From NCBI GenBank assembly GCA_951406725.2, contig OX597814.1, positions 21,762,001 to 21,826,000 on the forward strand: a stretch of 64,000 nucleotides of DNA, given 5' to 3'. Numbering within the stretch: position 1 is the stretch's first letter; every line of letters begins with the position of its first letter. A program made the translations under genes and the position numbers. Below the pieces are notes generated by a model, which worked only from the letters and a program-made list of their open reading frames with translations, did not search any database and had not been told where the DNA came from. Shown piece after piece: positions 52,704-64,000 of this stretch. This DNA is from Octopus vulgaris. Taxonomy: Eukaryota.

Positions 52704-54249
52704 ATGCTTCAACACACGAACTCACATAAAGAATCTTGCAAACCAAATCCAAAAACGCAATACAAGAATATAATAAAATTAGCTAAAGGAAATAAGTCAC
52801 ATGGACCTATAACAGAAATTTAGATGAGTAATTTAAGGGATTATTTATTGTTTCCTTTTCCTCTAAGAGACATCCGATAACTTATTTCTTAAAATTCATG
52901 CTATTGGCTTATTTGAAATATTTCCTTAGCTCATTCTATCTTTTAATTATACAAATTACAATTATATGGTTTATTAATGCAAAGGCCAAAATCTTTGTTT
53001 TTCTACATGTTAAAAACTTTTGTCAGTTTTGAAGTTGCTTATGCTTTACTTATAAGATTCAATAAGGCTGAAATTTACCTGTAGCTGCCACTTTACATAT
53101 TAACAAAAACTGGATTTTCTTACAAACATATAAATTTTCTTTGTGAAATTAATTTTTTCACGAAATTATCTTCCCTTCTGTTGGAGAGTTGCTAACCACT
53201 AGTCAGAAGGAAAGTGACACTTTTTGTTATTAAAAAGGAAATTTCAATTCATTTTTGTATGTGTCATTTTGTATCTTACAACAATTTATTTATCAGGCTT
53301 TTCGTAATATTGCAAAGCACTTGATTTTGTATCCTTCAGGATTTTAAGGGTTTTTAAAAATCTTTTATCTAGCTGAATGAGATTAGTGATCAGGAGTCCT
53401 GAGAAAATTCCATTTGACAGATTTGCATTTTATCTGCTAAAATGTTTCATTCACTGATCCATTTAATACTCAAGAAATCAAGGTTAAGAAGTAGTCATAA
53501 GGTCACCTTGTATGTTGTGAAAGGTTTGAGGCTTTTAACTAATTTGGCCTGTCTTAAACTATATTATCCTAACTATATGGAAAATGTCTTATAAGCTGCA
53601 AGGGCCTATAAAGGCTATGAGTTATCCCACTCCTACCTTCTTTCAGACCAAGCTAATAAAAGGGAATGAAATACCTTAAAACATGTAACTCTAAGAACAA
53701 AATGTTCTTAATCTATATAATATTGTTTAAGGAGAAATAAAATACGTCATCATAAAAGAAATTACAACTGTTGATTTCTTACCATCATTCCTCACTGCAT
53801 ATATTTACATATATAAACACACACACACATACATGTGTGTATATATTGTATGTTTTCATGTATTTGTGTGTGTCTGTGTATGTACTGTACTTAGAATTTG
53901 GAATTAGTCTTTAAGAGTGATAGTTTTCTCACTGTAATGATTATGTTAATAAATAGCTTTCTTTCGATATGTCAAAACCTGAGGGTGTGCCAGCTTTGCG
54001 CTCTCAAAGGATTTCCTCTAATGGAAATTCTTAGAAGCATTAGTAATGAATGAAGTAAAATAAACAGATAAATAAGAAAAATCTATAAAGAATTTCTTAA
54101 AATAAACACACAAAATGAATAAAAGAAATTATAAGTAAAAACAAAAAGCAAATGAAAACAAAATGTACTGAATGTGTAAAATGAATGTTGAAAATTTATA
54201 AATATTAACATTCATTAATTTTAACATTTTTCATTCTATTTTGTTATTT

Positions 54250-55390
54250 AGAATTGCAGATGTCTTCTCTCTACCCTCATCTTTGTGTTCTCCTTCTCTG
54301 TTCTTTAATCTTCATTTTCACCAACTTCGTCTTTTTTCTCCTACTTTCACTTTAGCTTGTGTCATCTCCTCCTGATTTCTTTCCATTACAATTTTCTTTT
54401 CTTTCTCATTCTTTCTGTTCTGAATCTAACAGTTCTTTCTTTCTTTCTTTCTTTATGTCTGTCTTCACTAAAATGTTGTGAATTTATGTATCTTATCCAT
54501 TTCTGCATTCATCAATCTCTCATCTGCTGCTACTGTCTCCTCCAAATCACATCCTTCAGTATCGACTCCTCTAAAATGCCTTCTCCAATATTACATTCTC
54601 CAACACTATCTCATACATTTCTGTCTTCAAACAACGCATCTTCTAGTATTGTGTCCTCTAATATTACATTATCTAATTCTGTCCTCCATCATCGTATTCT
54701 CAGATACTGTGATCCTTCATCCTCCAGTATAATATCGTTGTTATATACTCTAACATCACATCTACCAGTAGTGTCTTTTCCAGCTTAACATCCTCCAGTA
54801 CTGTGTCATTCAGCATCCTCCAGCATTCTCACTTCCAATGTAATATCCTCCATATATATATATATATTCGTTAACATCACATCTTCCAATAGTGTCTCTT
54901 CTTTCTCTTAACATCCTCCAATTCAATCTTCTAGTATCACATTTGCCATGTATACTTCCTATAATATCCCCAATTCTGTCCAACAACACATCCAACCTAT
55001 ATCTACTTCCCAAACCTCTCTCTCTCTCTTCCCTCCTACTTTCCATCATTACTTTCTTTTCCATTCTGTAAATTACTCCTCTTCCCTTCTAAAATCACTG
55101 GGCAGTATAATTATAGAGATACAGAACAATGGGATGACCACAGTTGGGAAGCAGTAACTCTACTACATATTTTCCTCTTCTCTTTCTATCTTTCTCTACT
55201 TTTCTTCTCTACATTAATTTCTATTGTTTTATTTTTTTCTCTTCTTTTTTTCATCTTTTTGTGTTTTACTGTATCTCCTCTCCTTTCTTTGAATTATTCT
55301 CTTTTGTTATGCCCCCTTTCTTCCTCTGCACTCCTCTACTTTGTTTTCTACCCCACCCCACCATCTTTTACTTCTATTTCCTTCATAAAT
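54250..55390. repeat. C/T-rich low-complexity tract with degenerate CATCCTCCA repeats
   Basis: TAACATCACATCT.CCA.TAGTGTCT at ~54751 and ~54872; many CATCCTCCA variants. Confidence 0.6.
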
Positions 55391-56530
55391 GAAACAATGT
55401 GAAATGTACAAAACATGTGAAAATAAGCTTAAAATAACTAAAAATTATAAAAAGTCCAAGGTAAATCAGTTTACATAACAGGATTCATTTGTATACCACA
55501 TGCCAACAAAAGAGCCTAAATACAGTTGCTTTACCTGTAATAAACAGCAGCTAAATTTTCTTGAAACCACATAGTACCATTTTTAGAAAATGGAAAACAT
55601 TGGATAGTTTTGTCTTTGGTATACTTTCTAGTAAAAGGTAATAGGATGGTCCAGTGTAGAACACTTTAATCATGTCTGCTTGATTTCAAAGCTGACTTGA
55701 AGCTAAGCAACAACTACAGCAACAATTTGTATACCATAGGAAAAAGAAAAATGAGGAGAATAGAGAGAAAAAGCATTCTGATGTTTCCAGGAATAGCTTA
55801 AGGGTTCTGTTTACAGTTACCAGTCAATAACCTTATCGTTTCTTTCTAAAGAACAAACAGCCTTGCTTGAAATGTTGGAATTCCTTTCTGCTCATAGACA
55901 GACAGGATAAACATCTATTTTTCAAGGTTGTATAATAATAATCAGATTAATGAATTCTGGAACTTTTTCCTTCTTTCTTCTTTTTTTTCTTTCTTTTTGT
56001 CATATTTATTCAAAACGAGTATCCATCACCAAGGAGAGACCATAATAAGGTTGAAACGGCATGGTCTGATGGTCTCAATAGCTGGGATGGTAGGCAGTTC
56101 TCTCCCCATTTGCAATGTATATTAAGTGCACTGTTAACCAGCTGGGAGAGGCATCCTCCTGGGGTTAAAATAGCTACATCATCTGTTCTTAGAGAACACC
56201 TATGTTTAGATAGCAGTAAATATTCAAAAAGAAACTACTGACAATTGAAACATGTCTAAATTAAGTCATTTACACACTAACTTCTTGCAAAAGGACTCAC
56301 ACCTACTTTCATAGTCATTTGATTTAATTGTACCCGAAGTAGCTACTATATGGAAAATAGGTCACTGAGGTTAATTGTTCAGAGATGCTACTCGCATAAA
56401 GATATTAGTTAAGTTAACATATAACATAGTGAGTACTGAAAATTTAACTAGAAATATGTGTGTAATGAGGAAGAAAATTTGCTTCAATAGTTAATATTAC
56501 TTTAATCACTTTGATAAATAAGGGAAACAA

Positions 56531-56568
56531 CTCTGGTCATGTTCTGGTTTTATTAGACCTCCTCAGTG
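56531..56568 (-). ncRNA. Degenerate Penelope-type hammerhead-like motif
   Basis: Minus strand CA-CTGAGGA-GGTC-TAATAA-AACC-AGAA-CATG-AC-CAGAG. Confidence 0.35.
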
Positions 56569-59354
56569 AAACACAGACCTCACCATACTTGCTATAGGCA
56601 TGAAATAATTCCTTTACTGACTACTTTTTGATTTCAGTTTTAGATTATTCAAAGATTTTCTGAAGTAGAACTAGCCAGAACTGAACAACTTTTATTCAAA
56701 TAAATAATTTCTAGATTAAATGAAAAAATTAGGGAAACATAGATTAAATAAATATTGGATAGATAAATTAAGTTTACTTGTAAAATAGTCAGTTTAAACT
56801 AAGTATTTCAAGTGTGGTAATTGGCCAGTTGTATAAGATGAATCAAGTGAGACATTGGACAGGGTGAAGCACTTTCATGTTTTGTGGGAAGGGGCGTTTT
56901 CATCAAATATGGTTGGTGTTTATATTAATCTAGGACGGGCATTTGATCAAACAACTATTATAATTGGAGATGATGTTTTCCTACCACCTCCTCTAGACTG
57001 GTTATTCATTGTCGACAAGTAATTATGACCCTACCTCAAAATGACTGCAGTATTACACTAACAGCTCATAGCTTTAATTCTACTGCAAGTGTTATATTGT
57101 ACATATTTGGAAGATACACTTAATTTTATACATCTCTGTTCACATAGCAATAGATAATTGACATCAAATAATCTGGTAAAGTTACCTGTTAGATTTATGC
57201 CATATCTAGCTTCAGATTTATTTCTTAACTGCTTAATGTCATGAAACTAGAACTAAGAACTAGCCCAGAAAAGTTTGTTGCCTTCCAAGATAATTTGCAT
57301 CATTACAGGGTCAACATAAAAATATCAAAAAGTAGTTTATCAGAAAATAGATCATACAATTGTTAGTAGTTGGTAAAGATCCCTATTAATGAGACAATAT
57401 TATCTCTATGAAGGAGTTGGTGTGTTGTCTGAAGAAGCATCAATGCAATTAATTTGAATATCTCCTAAATATTCTACAACCATGACTCTATGGTACTAGA
57501 ATGTGTTTGCGACCAAGAATTATTATACATCAAAGTGAAGGTGAAAAATTTATGAAGAGCCAATATTTGTTTGAAGAAATGTAGTTTGATCATCCAAGTC
57601 GGAATAAGTCGTGGGTTCTGAGAGGCAATTTAGATGCTTCAAAATAATTAGTTTGGACACCACTTAAGAAGACTACTGACATCATTACCAGATGGGTGAG
57701 GGTGTGATGGTTAAAAGAAGTATTTCAGTACTTCCTGCAGCAGTCTCCTTTCAGAGTCAGTTGGATAAAGAAGAATGATAAAAGACAGCAATGATTGTTA
57801 GTTTGTAAATTGTATTATCTATGTTTCTATTCTTGTTATTGTTCAAAGAACTTTGTCTACACTATAACTGGGTTTTTTTGTTTTTTGTTTTGATAATGTT
57901 AAAAACACTATCAAATTTATTGAACGAAAAGACTAAAATGGAAAATAGGAATAATATGTAAACTTGGTATATATTAATCTTTTATTTTCAAAAATAGAAT
58001 GAATTTCATATGTATGCTTGAATTCAGACATAGTTTATGAAAAAAGAATTCAATTTGTTTTTATAAATAACATTTTTATTTGCTTTTGAGTGGAATATTT
58101 TCAAAAACTTGCATGGTTCCGATATTGTGAATCAAAATAACTAATATTAAAATCTTATTCAGAAATATTTTAAGCCTTGTAAGCATAAATTATTAAGAGG
58201 AGTCTTTCAATGAGTGGATGATTCAAACAGTTCATAGATATTTCATATTCAAAATTTTCCTAAAACCATTAAGCAGATATTTAATCAATTTTCTGTAATT
58301 GATTCATGGGTAACTATTCAAAGATCCTTTAAAATATGCATTCGAAATTTTGCTGTTTTGAATAAAATTAACCAGCAACAAAAGTGATGGTTCTTGAGTA
58401 GCCCCAGATCAGCCTTCACTGAATTGATCTCTGAGTAAAAACCATTCCTTCATGACCATCTCATTGATTTTTTATTTATTTATTTATTTATTTTGTATCG
58501 AGACCATTCTGTATTTAAGACTGCATCATCTAAGTTCTTTTTAAAGATTATAGGGTGTGATTTGAATGAAGTTTTGGCTATTATTGCTAATAAGCTAAGT
58601 GACCAAATAATAGCTCCCTCATTAACTCAGTTTTGCAGAAATGTAACCTAATTGAGAATTTGGCTAGAAGACAGAACATTTTTATCTTCTATTACATCAT
58701 CATCAATTAAACAAACTTGTTTTGTCAGAAATTTTCTTTTTGTTGATTAAGTAAACTTGTGATCAAATGCACTCCAATCATGACACTTTGACTATTTTCT
58801 GACTTTGTGGATCTAGAATTATATTTTCAATTGTGCTCTTCTGTTTTTGTAAGATTAGTGTTTTATTATTTGAAACTGTTCTGGCTGCTATTTCTGGCAG
58901 ATCCATCGACCACTTGGAGACTGCTTTGTTGGCCTGTTTTAAAAATTTGTGCATTTGAAAGATATTTAGTTTTCCATATCAAGCTTTGCTTTCAATAAAG
59001 CTATCATTTATTTGATAAGCAACATAAGACTAAGTTAATTAGTATAGACTGAAATAATATTTATATATTGGTAGCATTTTATTGCTTGTCCTAAAATATA
59101 TTAAAGTGATGTGGAAGGAATTGAGAATGGCAGCTCAATATTGTTAGTGTGATTTTTGCTTTAAATAGTAAGTATAAAAGCTGATTGAGGTTAATATTAT
59201 GTTCAATGAGGCAGAGTTGACATAGTTACCATATAATAATGGAATGGAATAATAGGATGGAATGAAAGCTAACTTAATACAATGCTTCTGTACGTGTGGA
59301 GAGTTGAAACCAGAAATGTTTGTAAATTTTACCAATCATCTTGATACTACATTA

Positions 59355-59444
59355 AAAGAAAAGAAGAAAGCAAATATTTGAAGTAAAGAAAAAAAGAAAG
59401 CAAATATTTGAAGTAAAGAAAAGAAGAAAGCAAATATTTGAAGT
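59355..59444. repeat. 30-bp minisatellite x3
   Basis: AAAGAAAAGAAGAAAGCAAATATTTGAAGT three times. Confidence 0.95.
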
Positions 59445-60035
59445 TTAATTTTCAATAGTCAAACAATTAATATTAGTATAACATTGGAGATTTCTTTCTT
59501 TTTTTCATGTAATTTCAGTATCATAACAAGTACATTGTGACTTTCAAGTATTTTTAATAGCAGATAGTAACTTTACAGTTCTTGTAGTTTTGTTTGTTTC
59601 AATTACAGTATTAGATATCATGTTGGTAGTTCATAAAGATTTTTTTTGATTATATCAGATACTGAAGAAATATACGAAACAAAATAACCAGAATTAGAAT
59701 ACAAATCCTTCAAATTCACAACTTGCTAGCAGCAAACAGTTTGATCAATAAATTAAATTAGTCTTTAAATACTCTGGTTTCTGATCAATAACATAAAATA
59801 TCAATACCAATATATATATGTGTGTGTGTGTGTAAATTTATGTATGTACGTGGTAGTATATGTATGTATATTGAGAATATTAGTCATGCATAAAGTTTAT
59901 TTTGTTCTTTAGATATTAAATTCTTGTGTTACAAGAATAGGGTTTTGTTTAAAAACTCACCCATTTTTTAACCAATAGTAGTGTTACAATATTCATAGTT
60001 TATGCTGGGATCATTGTATAAAATTTCTCTATACA

Positions 60036-60936
60036 GGCACAGGTGTGGCTGTGTGGTAAGAAATTTGCTTCTCAACTACATGGTTCTGGGTTCAGTTCCA
60101 CTGCGTGGCACCTTGGGCATGTGTCTTCTACTATAGCCTCAGGCCAACCAAAGCCTTGTGAGTTGATTTGGTAGGCAGAAACTGAAAGATGCCCATGATG
60201 AGATCTTTGGAGATATGCTGTGACTGAGAAGACCCATCAAGTAAAGTGAGTCATAGCCATGGCAGATTCCAGTGTCACATAACCAGCCCATTTAAAAGCA
60301 CCCTTGAATCATCAAACAATATGCTAGGCTTAAGAAGACCTGCTGAGTCAAGCAAAATTGTAGTCATTGGCACCTGTGCCGGTGGCACATAATAAGCACC
60401 TTTTGAGCATGGATCAATGGCAGTGCTGCCTGACTGGCTCCCCATACCAGTGACACATAGAAAGTACCATTCGAACGCAGACAAGGCCAGTGACCCTGAC
60501 TGGTTCCCGTGCTGGTGGCACATAAAAAGCACCCACTACATTCTTAGAGAAGTTAGCATTAGGAAGGGCACCCAGATGTAGAAACCTTGCCAGATCAGAT
60601 TGAAGCCTGGTGCAGCCTACTTGCTTGTCAATCCTCAGTCAAACAGTCCAACCCATGCCAGCATAGAAACCGGACGTTAAACAATGATAATGATGATGGT
60701 ATCATCATCATCATATATATATATATATATGCTTGTGTGTCCATGTGTCCACCCACCATCACTTGACAACTGATGTTGGTGTGTTTACGTCCCCATAACT
60801 TAGTGGTTGAACCTAAGAAACTGATCAAATAAGTACTAGGCTTACAAAGAATAAGTCCTGGGATCAGTTTGTTCAATTAAAGGTGGTGCTCTAGCATGGC
60901 CACAGTCAAATGACTTAAACAAGTAAAAGTATAAAA
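60036..60936 (+). mobile_element. CORE-like SINE containing an RTE-tailed element (~60198-60700)
   Basis: CORE head 60036-60197; GGTGGCACATAA..GCACC units and GATGAT tail; CORE 3' half resumes ~60730. Confidence 0.8.
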
Positions 60937-60959
60937 GGACTCTCCTTTTTCTTTTTGCA

Positions 60960-61400
60960 TATCATGATAATACCAGTGTTTTGTCTTCTTTTAGTCTTTG
61001 CTAAGTTTATTATGAGGCCTCTTGATTCTAATATGTGCTTCTATGTCAGGAATTCTTCCCCTTAGTCTTCTACAGATCTGAGTAAAAGAAACCAGCTCAT
61101 CAGTATGCAGGAGTTCCCATAGGTAGCCAGTCTTAGACTCTTCTGTTATGACCTATTGTTGTTTATTTCCAGAGCATCTCCTTTACCCTTGTATTTGTTA
61201 ATAGTGATACTAGCAGTTCTTGGGTATGACACTTCCATAACTGACCATGCTAGTGACTAGCATGTGGCCTACAGTTTTTCAGCAATGTTCATGAAGTACC
61301 AGTTGCTTTCTCTTTTTTTATATCCTTCATTGCACTTACAATCATTATTGTTCATTTGAACAGCTGTTGTGCTATTATCATTGCAGATGCATTTCTCTTT
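60960..61400 (-). mobile_element. Decayed RTE-clade LINE RT fragment
   Basis: Minus translation KATGTS..VIPKNC..INKYKGKGDALEINNNRS (cf. RTE YKGKGDAL..NYRGI). Confidence 0.7.
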
Positions 61401-62342
61401 GGTGTCTAAGATTTTTCTTGTAGACTCTTGTTATCCAGAATATTTTTTCTCTTTGATGTTTATGGCACTAAACATTTACAGACCTCTTACATTTTACTTC
61501 TAAATTTATGTTCAAGAATTTGTTCAAAAGGTAAAATAGTTTATGACTACAATAATATATATATAAAGTATTATATAAGAATAAAGGGTTCAACATTGGT
61601 TCAATGTCAGCATGTGTATATAAGAATTTTTTGCATAATAAACCCTTTATTCGCAATATTACCGAATCTGAAACTTAACTATGGTCTGTCTATAGCACTT
61701 ATTCAGCATTACCTGACACCTTTGGGTCTCAATGACACCATTATCTCTTATAAAGTATTATATTTATTGTTCTTATACAAGAATGTTGACAGTAACTTCA
61801 AAGTTTTGGCCATCTAAGCCACAGTCTAATGATAGTTGACTAAATCTTCAAAGTCCCACTGTCAACAACCTTGTTGAATAAGAATAAAAAAAATTATACT
61901 CTACAAAAGTATAGATTAACCCATTAGGTTCATGTAAAATTGTTTTTATTATAACTGAACATAAACCAAGCATTAATATAAAGTAGTACACACACACACA
62001 CACACACACACATATATGTATATATGTAGCCAACCCACGCCAGCATGGAAGGTGGATGTTAAACGAAACAATATGTAACTATCTAGGGGTTTAGTTCACT
62101 GGTGATCTAAATGAATAGGTATGCTGTGTAAGTGCTATAATAGATCATCTGTTAGGTTCCAAGTTCACAGCTGAGGCTGGAGCTCGGGATCCACAGTAGG
62201 CTTCTGAGTTAGCAGGCATATATTAGAGGAAAAAAGGACAATAAAATCCAAGGCAGGACAAGTATCTCAAATTATTTAGAGTATTTAATTAGAGTAAGGC
62301 GAATTTGAAGTAATTAATTAATTAGTTAATTAATTATTGGAT

Positions 62343-62418
62343 GTTTTACAGCTGTTTCTGGGATATCTCAAGTGATAGGTTAACATCTCCATACTCTGGG
62401 TATTTCGTCATTAGAGAC
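62343..62418 (-). ncRNA. Hammerhead ribozyme motif, mirror copy (core mutated)
   Basis: Minus strand GTCT-CTAATGA-..-ATATCCCA-GAAA-CAGCTG-TA-AAAC; palindromic stem III CAGCTG. Confidence 0.6.
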
Positions 62419-62733
62419 AAGGTGTCTATGTATGAAAGTTCTAGACATGGAATTATAAAAGAATAAAATAGTAGATAGAAGAATAAAGAGTAAAAGAGTA
62501 GAGAGAAGAATACAGACAGGAGAATAAAGTTCACAGCTCATCTTCTTCCAGAGGGTATGGCTATTGGTTTCATGGAAATACAGACCAGCCTCCATACCCT
62601 CTTGAAGAAGTTGAGCTGTGAACTTTATTCTTCTGTCTGTACTCTTCTATCTACTCTTTTACTCTTTATTCTTCTATCTACTATTTTATTCTTTTATAAT
62701 TCCCTGTCTAGAACTTTCATACACACTTTCCTT

Positions 62734-62810
62734 GTCTCTGATGACAGAATACTTCAGGGTATGAAGATGCTAACCTAACACTTGGGATTTCCCAGAAACC
62801 ACTGTAAGAC
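62734..62810 (+). ncRNA. Type I hammerhead ribozyme motif
   Basis: Stem I GTCT/AGAC; CTGATGA (62738-62744); GAAA (62795-62798); C-CACT-G; GTA cleavage triplet (cut after 62806); stem II degenerate. Confidence 0.7.
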
Positions 62811-62955
62811 CTCCAATAATTAATTAATTATTTCAAATTTACCTTACTCTAACAGAACATTCTAAATGACTTGAGATACTCATCCTGCCTTGGTTTTTGT
62901 TGTCCTTTTTCCTCCAATATATATATATATACATACATATATATATATATATATA

Positions 62956-63591
62956 TTGGGTCATCCCATATATAATACGGTTTTTTTTATACTTCTTTTA
63001 TTTTTCAAAATTAAGATTAAAAAAAGTTCTTTTTCAATCTAAAATATGCCCTCTTTCTACTTTGGGACTGAATAGAGATTTGTGTTATAAGAAATGGGTT
63101 CTCTATAAAAATGTCAAGTGTTGAAGACAGTGGGTAGGGAAAGGAGAAACACTGGCACCCCAAGCTAAAGGTCTTCACTCCAGGGTTTACAGGACATCTT
63201 TGTCAAGCTCTACAGAAATTCCAGGATGAGGTTTGTCTTCTAGGCTGTAGTTTCTGGCTTGAAATTTCTGGAACCACCATTGACACTGGCTTACACTTAT
63301 TGTCTGATCCCCATATACTGCATTAATATTCCTTGCATTCTCCATTGTGTTGTTGCCTTTATTGAACTCATAAAGCAAAATGTGCCAAATATGCTCCTTT
63401 GTCACTTCTGTTATAGCTTTGTAAAAATAACTGTTAAAATCGAACTGCACTCTTCAAAACTTGCACTAAGAATAAGTACAAGGTAAAATTACTACCTGCT
63501 TTTATAGCAAGTTGATGCAGGTAGTTTATCCTGTCCCCCTCTGACTTTTAGTTCATGCAATTGAAAAAAACCACATTATGGGATGACCCAA
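62956..63591 (-). mobile_element. Internally deleted mariner transposon (transposase N-terminal HTH remnant)
   Basis: TIRs TTGGGTCATCCCATA / TATGGGATGACCCAA with TA TSD; ORF 63187-63450 HILLYEFNKG..ARNINAVYGD..QWWFQKF..SLEDKPHPG. Confidence 0.92.
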
Positions 63592-64000
63592 TATTTGTGA
63601 GTGTAATATATACATATATTAATACATGTAAAAATATATATCCACACATGCACACACAGCAGTTAAAATCATTTTTTAACTTCAGTAGTGATGATTTTAT
63701 CAGTTATAACAGTAGTCTGATGATCATTTGTGTTCCATTGCCAAATGTAAACAACGCTTTCCAAATATAGCATTAGTGTGCTGCTCATAAAGATGGTGAA
63801 TCTGAAATCATTTTGATTTCATTCAGATGGTGAGTCTAAGAAGGTTATAATATATTAATGACAAAGAAATACTATTGCTCCAAACTAAAATTAAGATATT
63901 AATAAGAAAATTTAGAATATTCTTAATAAAGAAAAATTCAAATGAAGTTGTGTTTAAAACACGAGCTGTTCCCTATTTTCATAAATAATATAGATACTTG

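Larger units (their letters stand above)
62218..62922. mobile_element. Inverted repeat D (~335-bp arms): Penelope pLTR-like fold-back with a hammerhead in each arm
   Basis: 62218-62560 is the reverse complement of 62592-62922 with scattered substitutions; hammerhead motifs at 62734-62810 (+) and 62343-62418 (-). Confidence 0.85.

Noticed and set aside
54357-54788. 143-aa Ser/Leu-rich ORF
   Set aside because: Low-complexity C/T tract with no domain or splice support
63187-63450. SETMAR or other host gene
   Set aside because: Enclosed by TIRs and TA TSD with the catalytic domain deleted: a defective mariner

Overview
AT-rich eukaryotic non-coding DNA, most likely an octopus/coleoid cephalopod genome (judged from recognised SINE families, TTAGGG and dense (TA)n/(ATC)n/(GATA)n microsatellites; not verified by search). 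I find no intact protein-coding gene, tRNA/rRNA gene or CRISPR array. Almost every listed ORF is a microsatellite artefact or decayed transposon sequence. Contents: several tRNA-derived SINE families (Meta-, CORE- and V-domain-like, plus an RTE-tailed element); decayed LINE fragments (CR1/L2-group, RTE, R4/Dong, Tx1); a decayed Penelope-like element (RT + GIY-YIG); a deleted mariner; and several MITEs. The most interesting signal is four long fold-back inverted repeats (arms ~42-340 bp) plus several solo Penelope pLTR-like remnants carrying hammerhead-ribozyme motifs, from near-canonical to hammerhead-shaped with a non-canonical core. Also notable: a hairpin-unit tandem array inside a SINE, a SINE-in-SINE junction seen twice, a Tx1 LINE inserted in a SINE tRNA head, a palindrome with a telomeric loop, and a CpG-retaining domain (~9.3-18 kb) followed by weak in-frame micro-exon candidates. 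All coordinates and alignments were read by eye.
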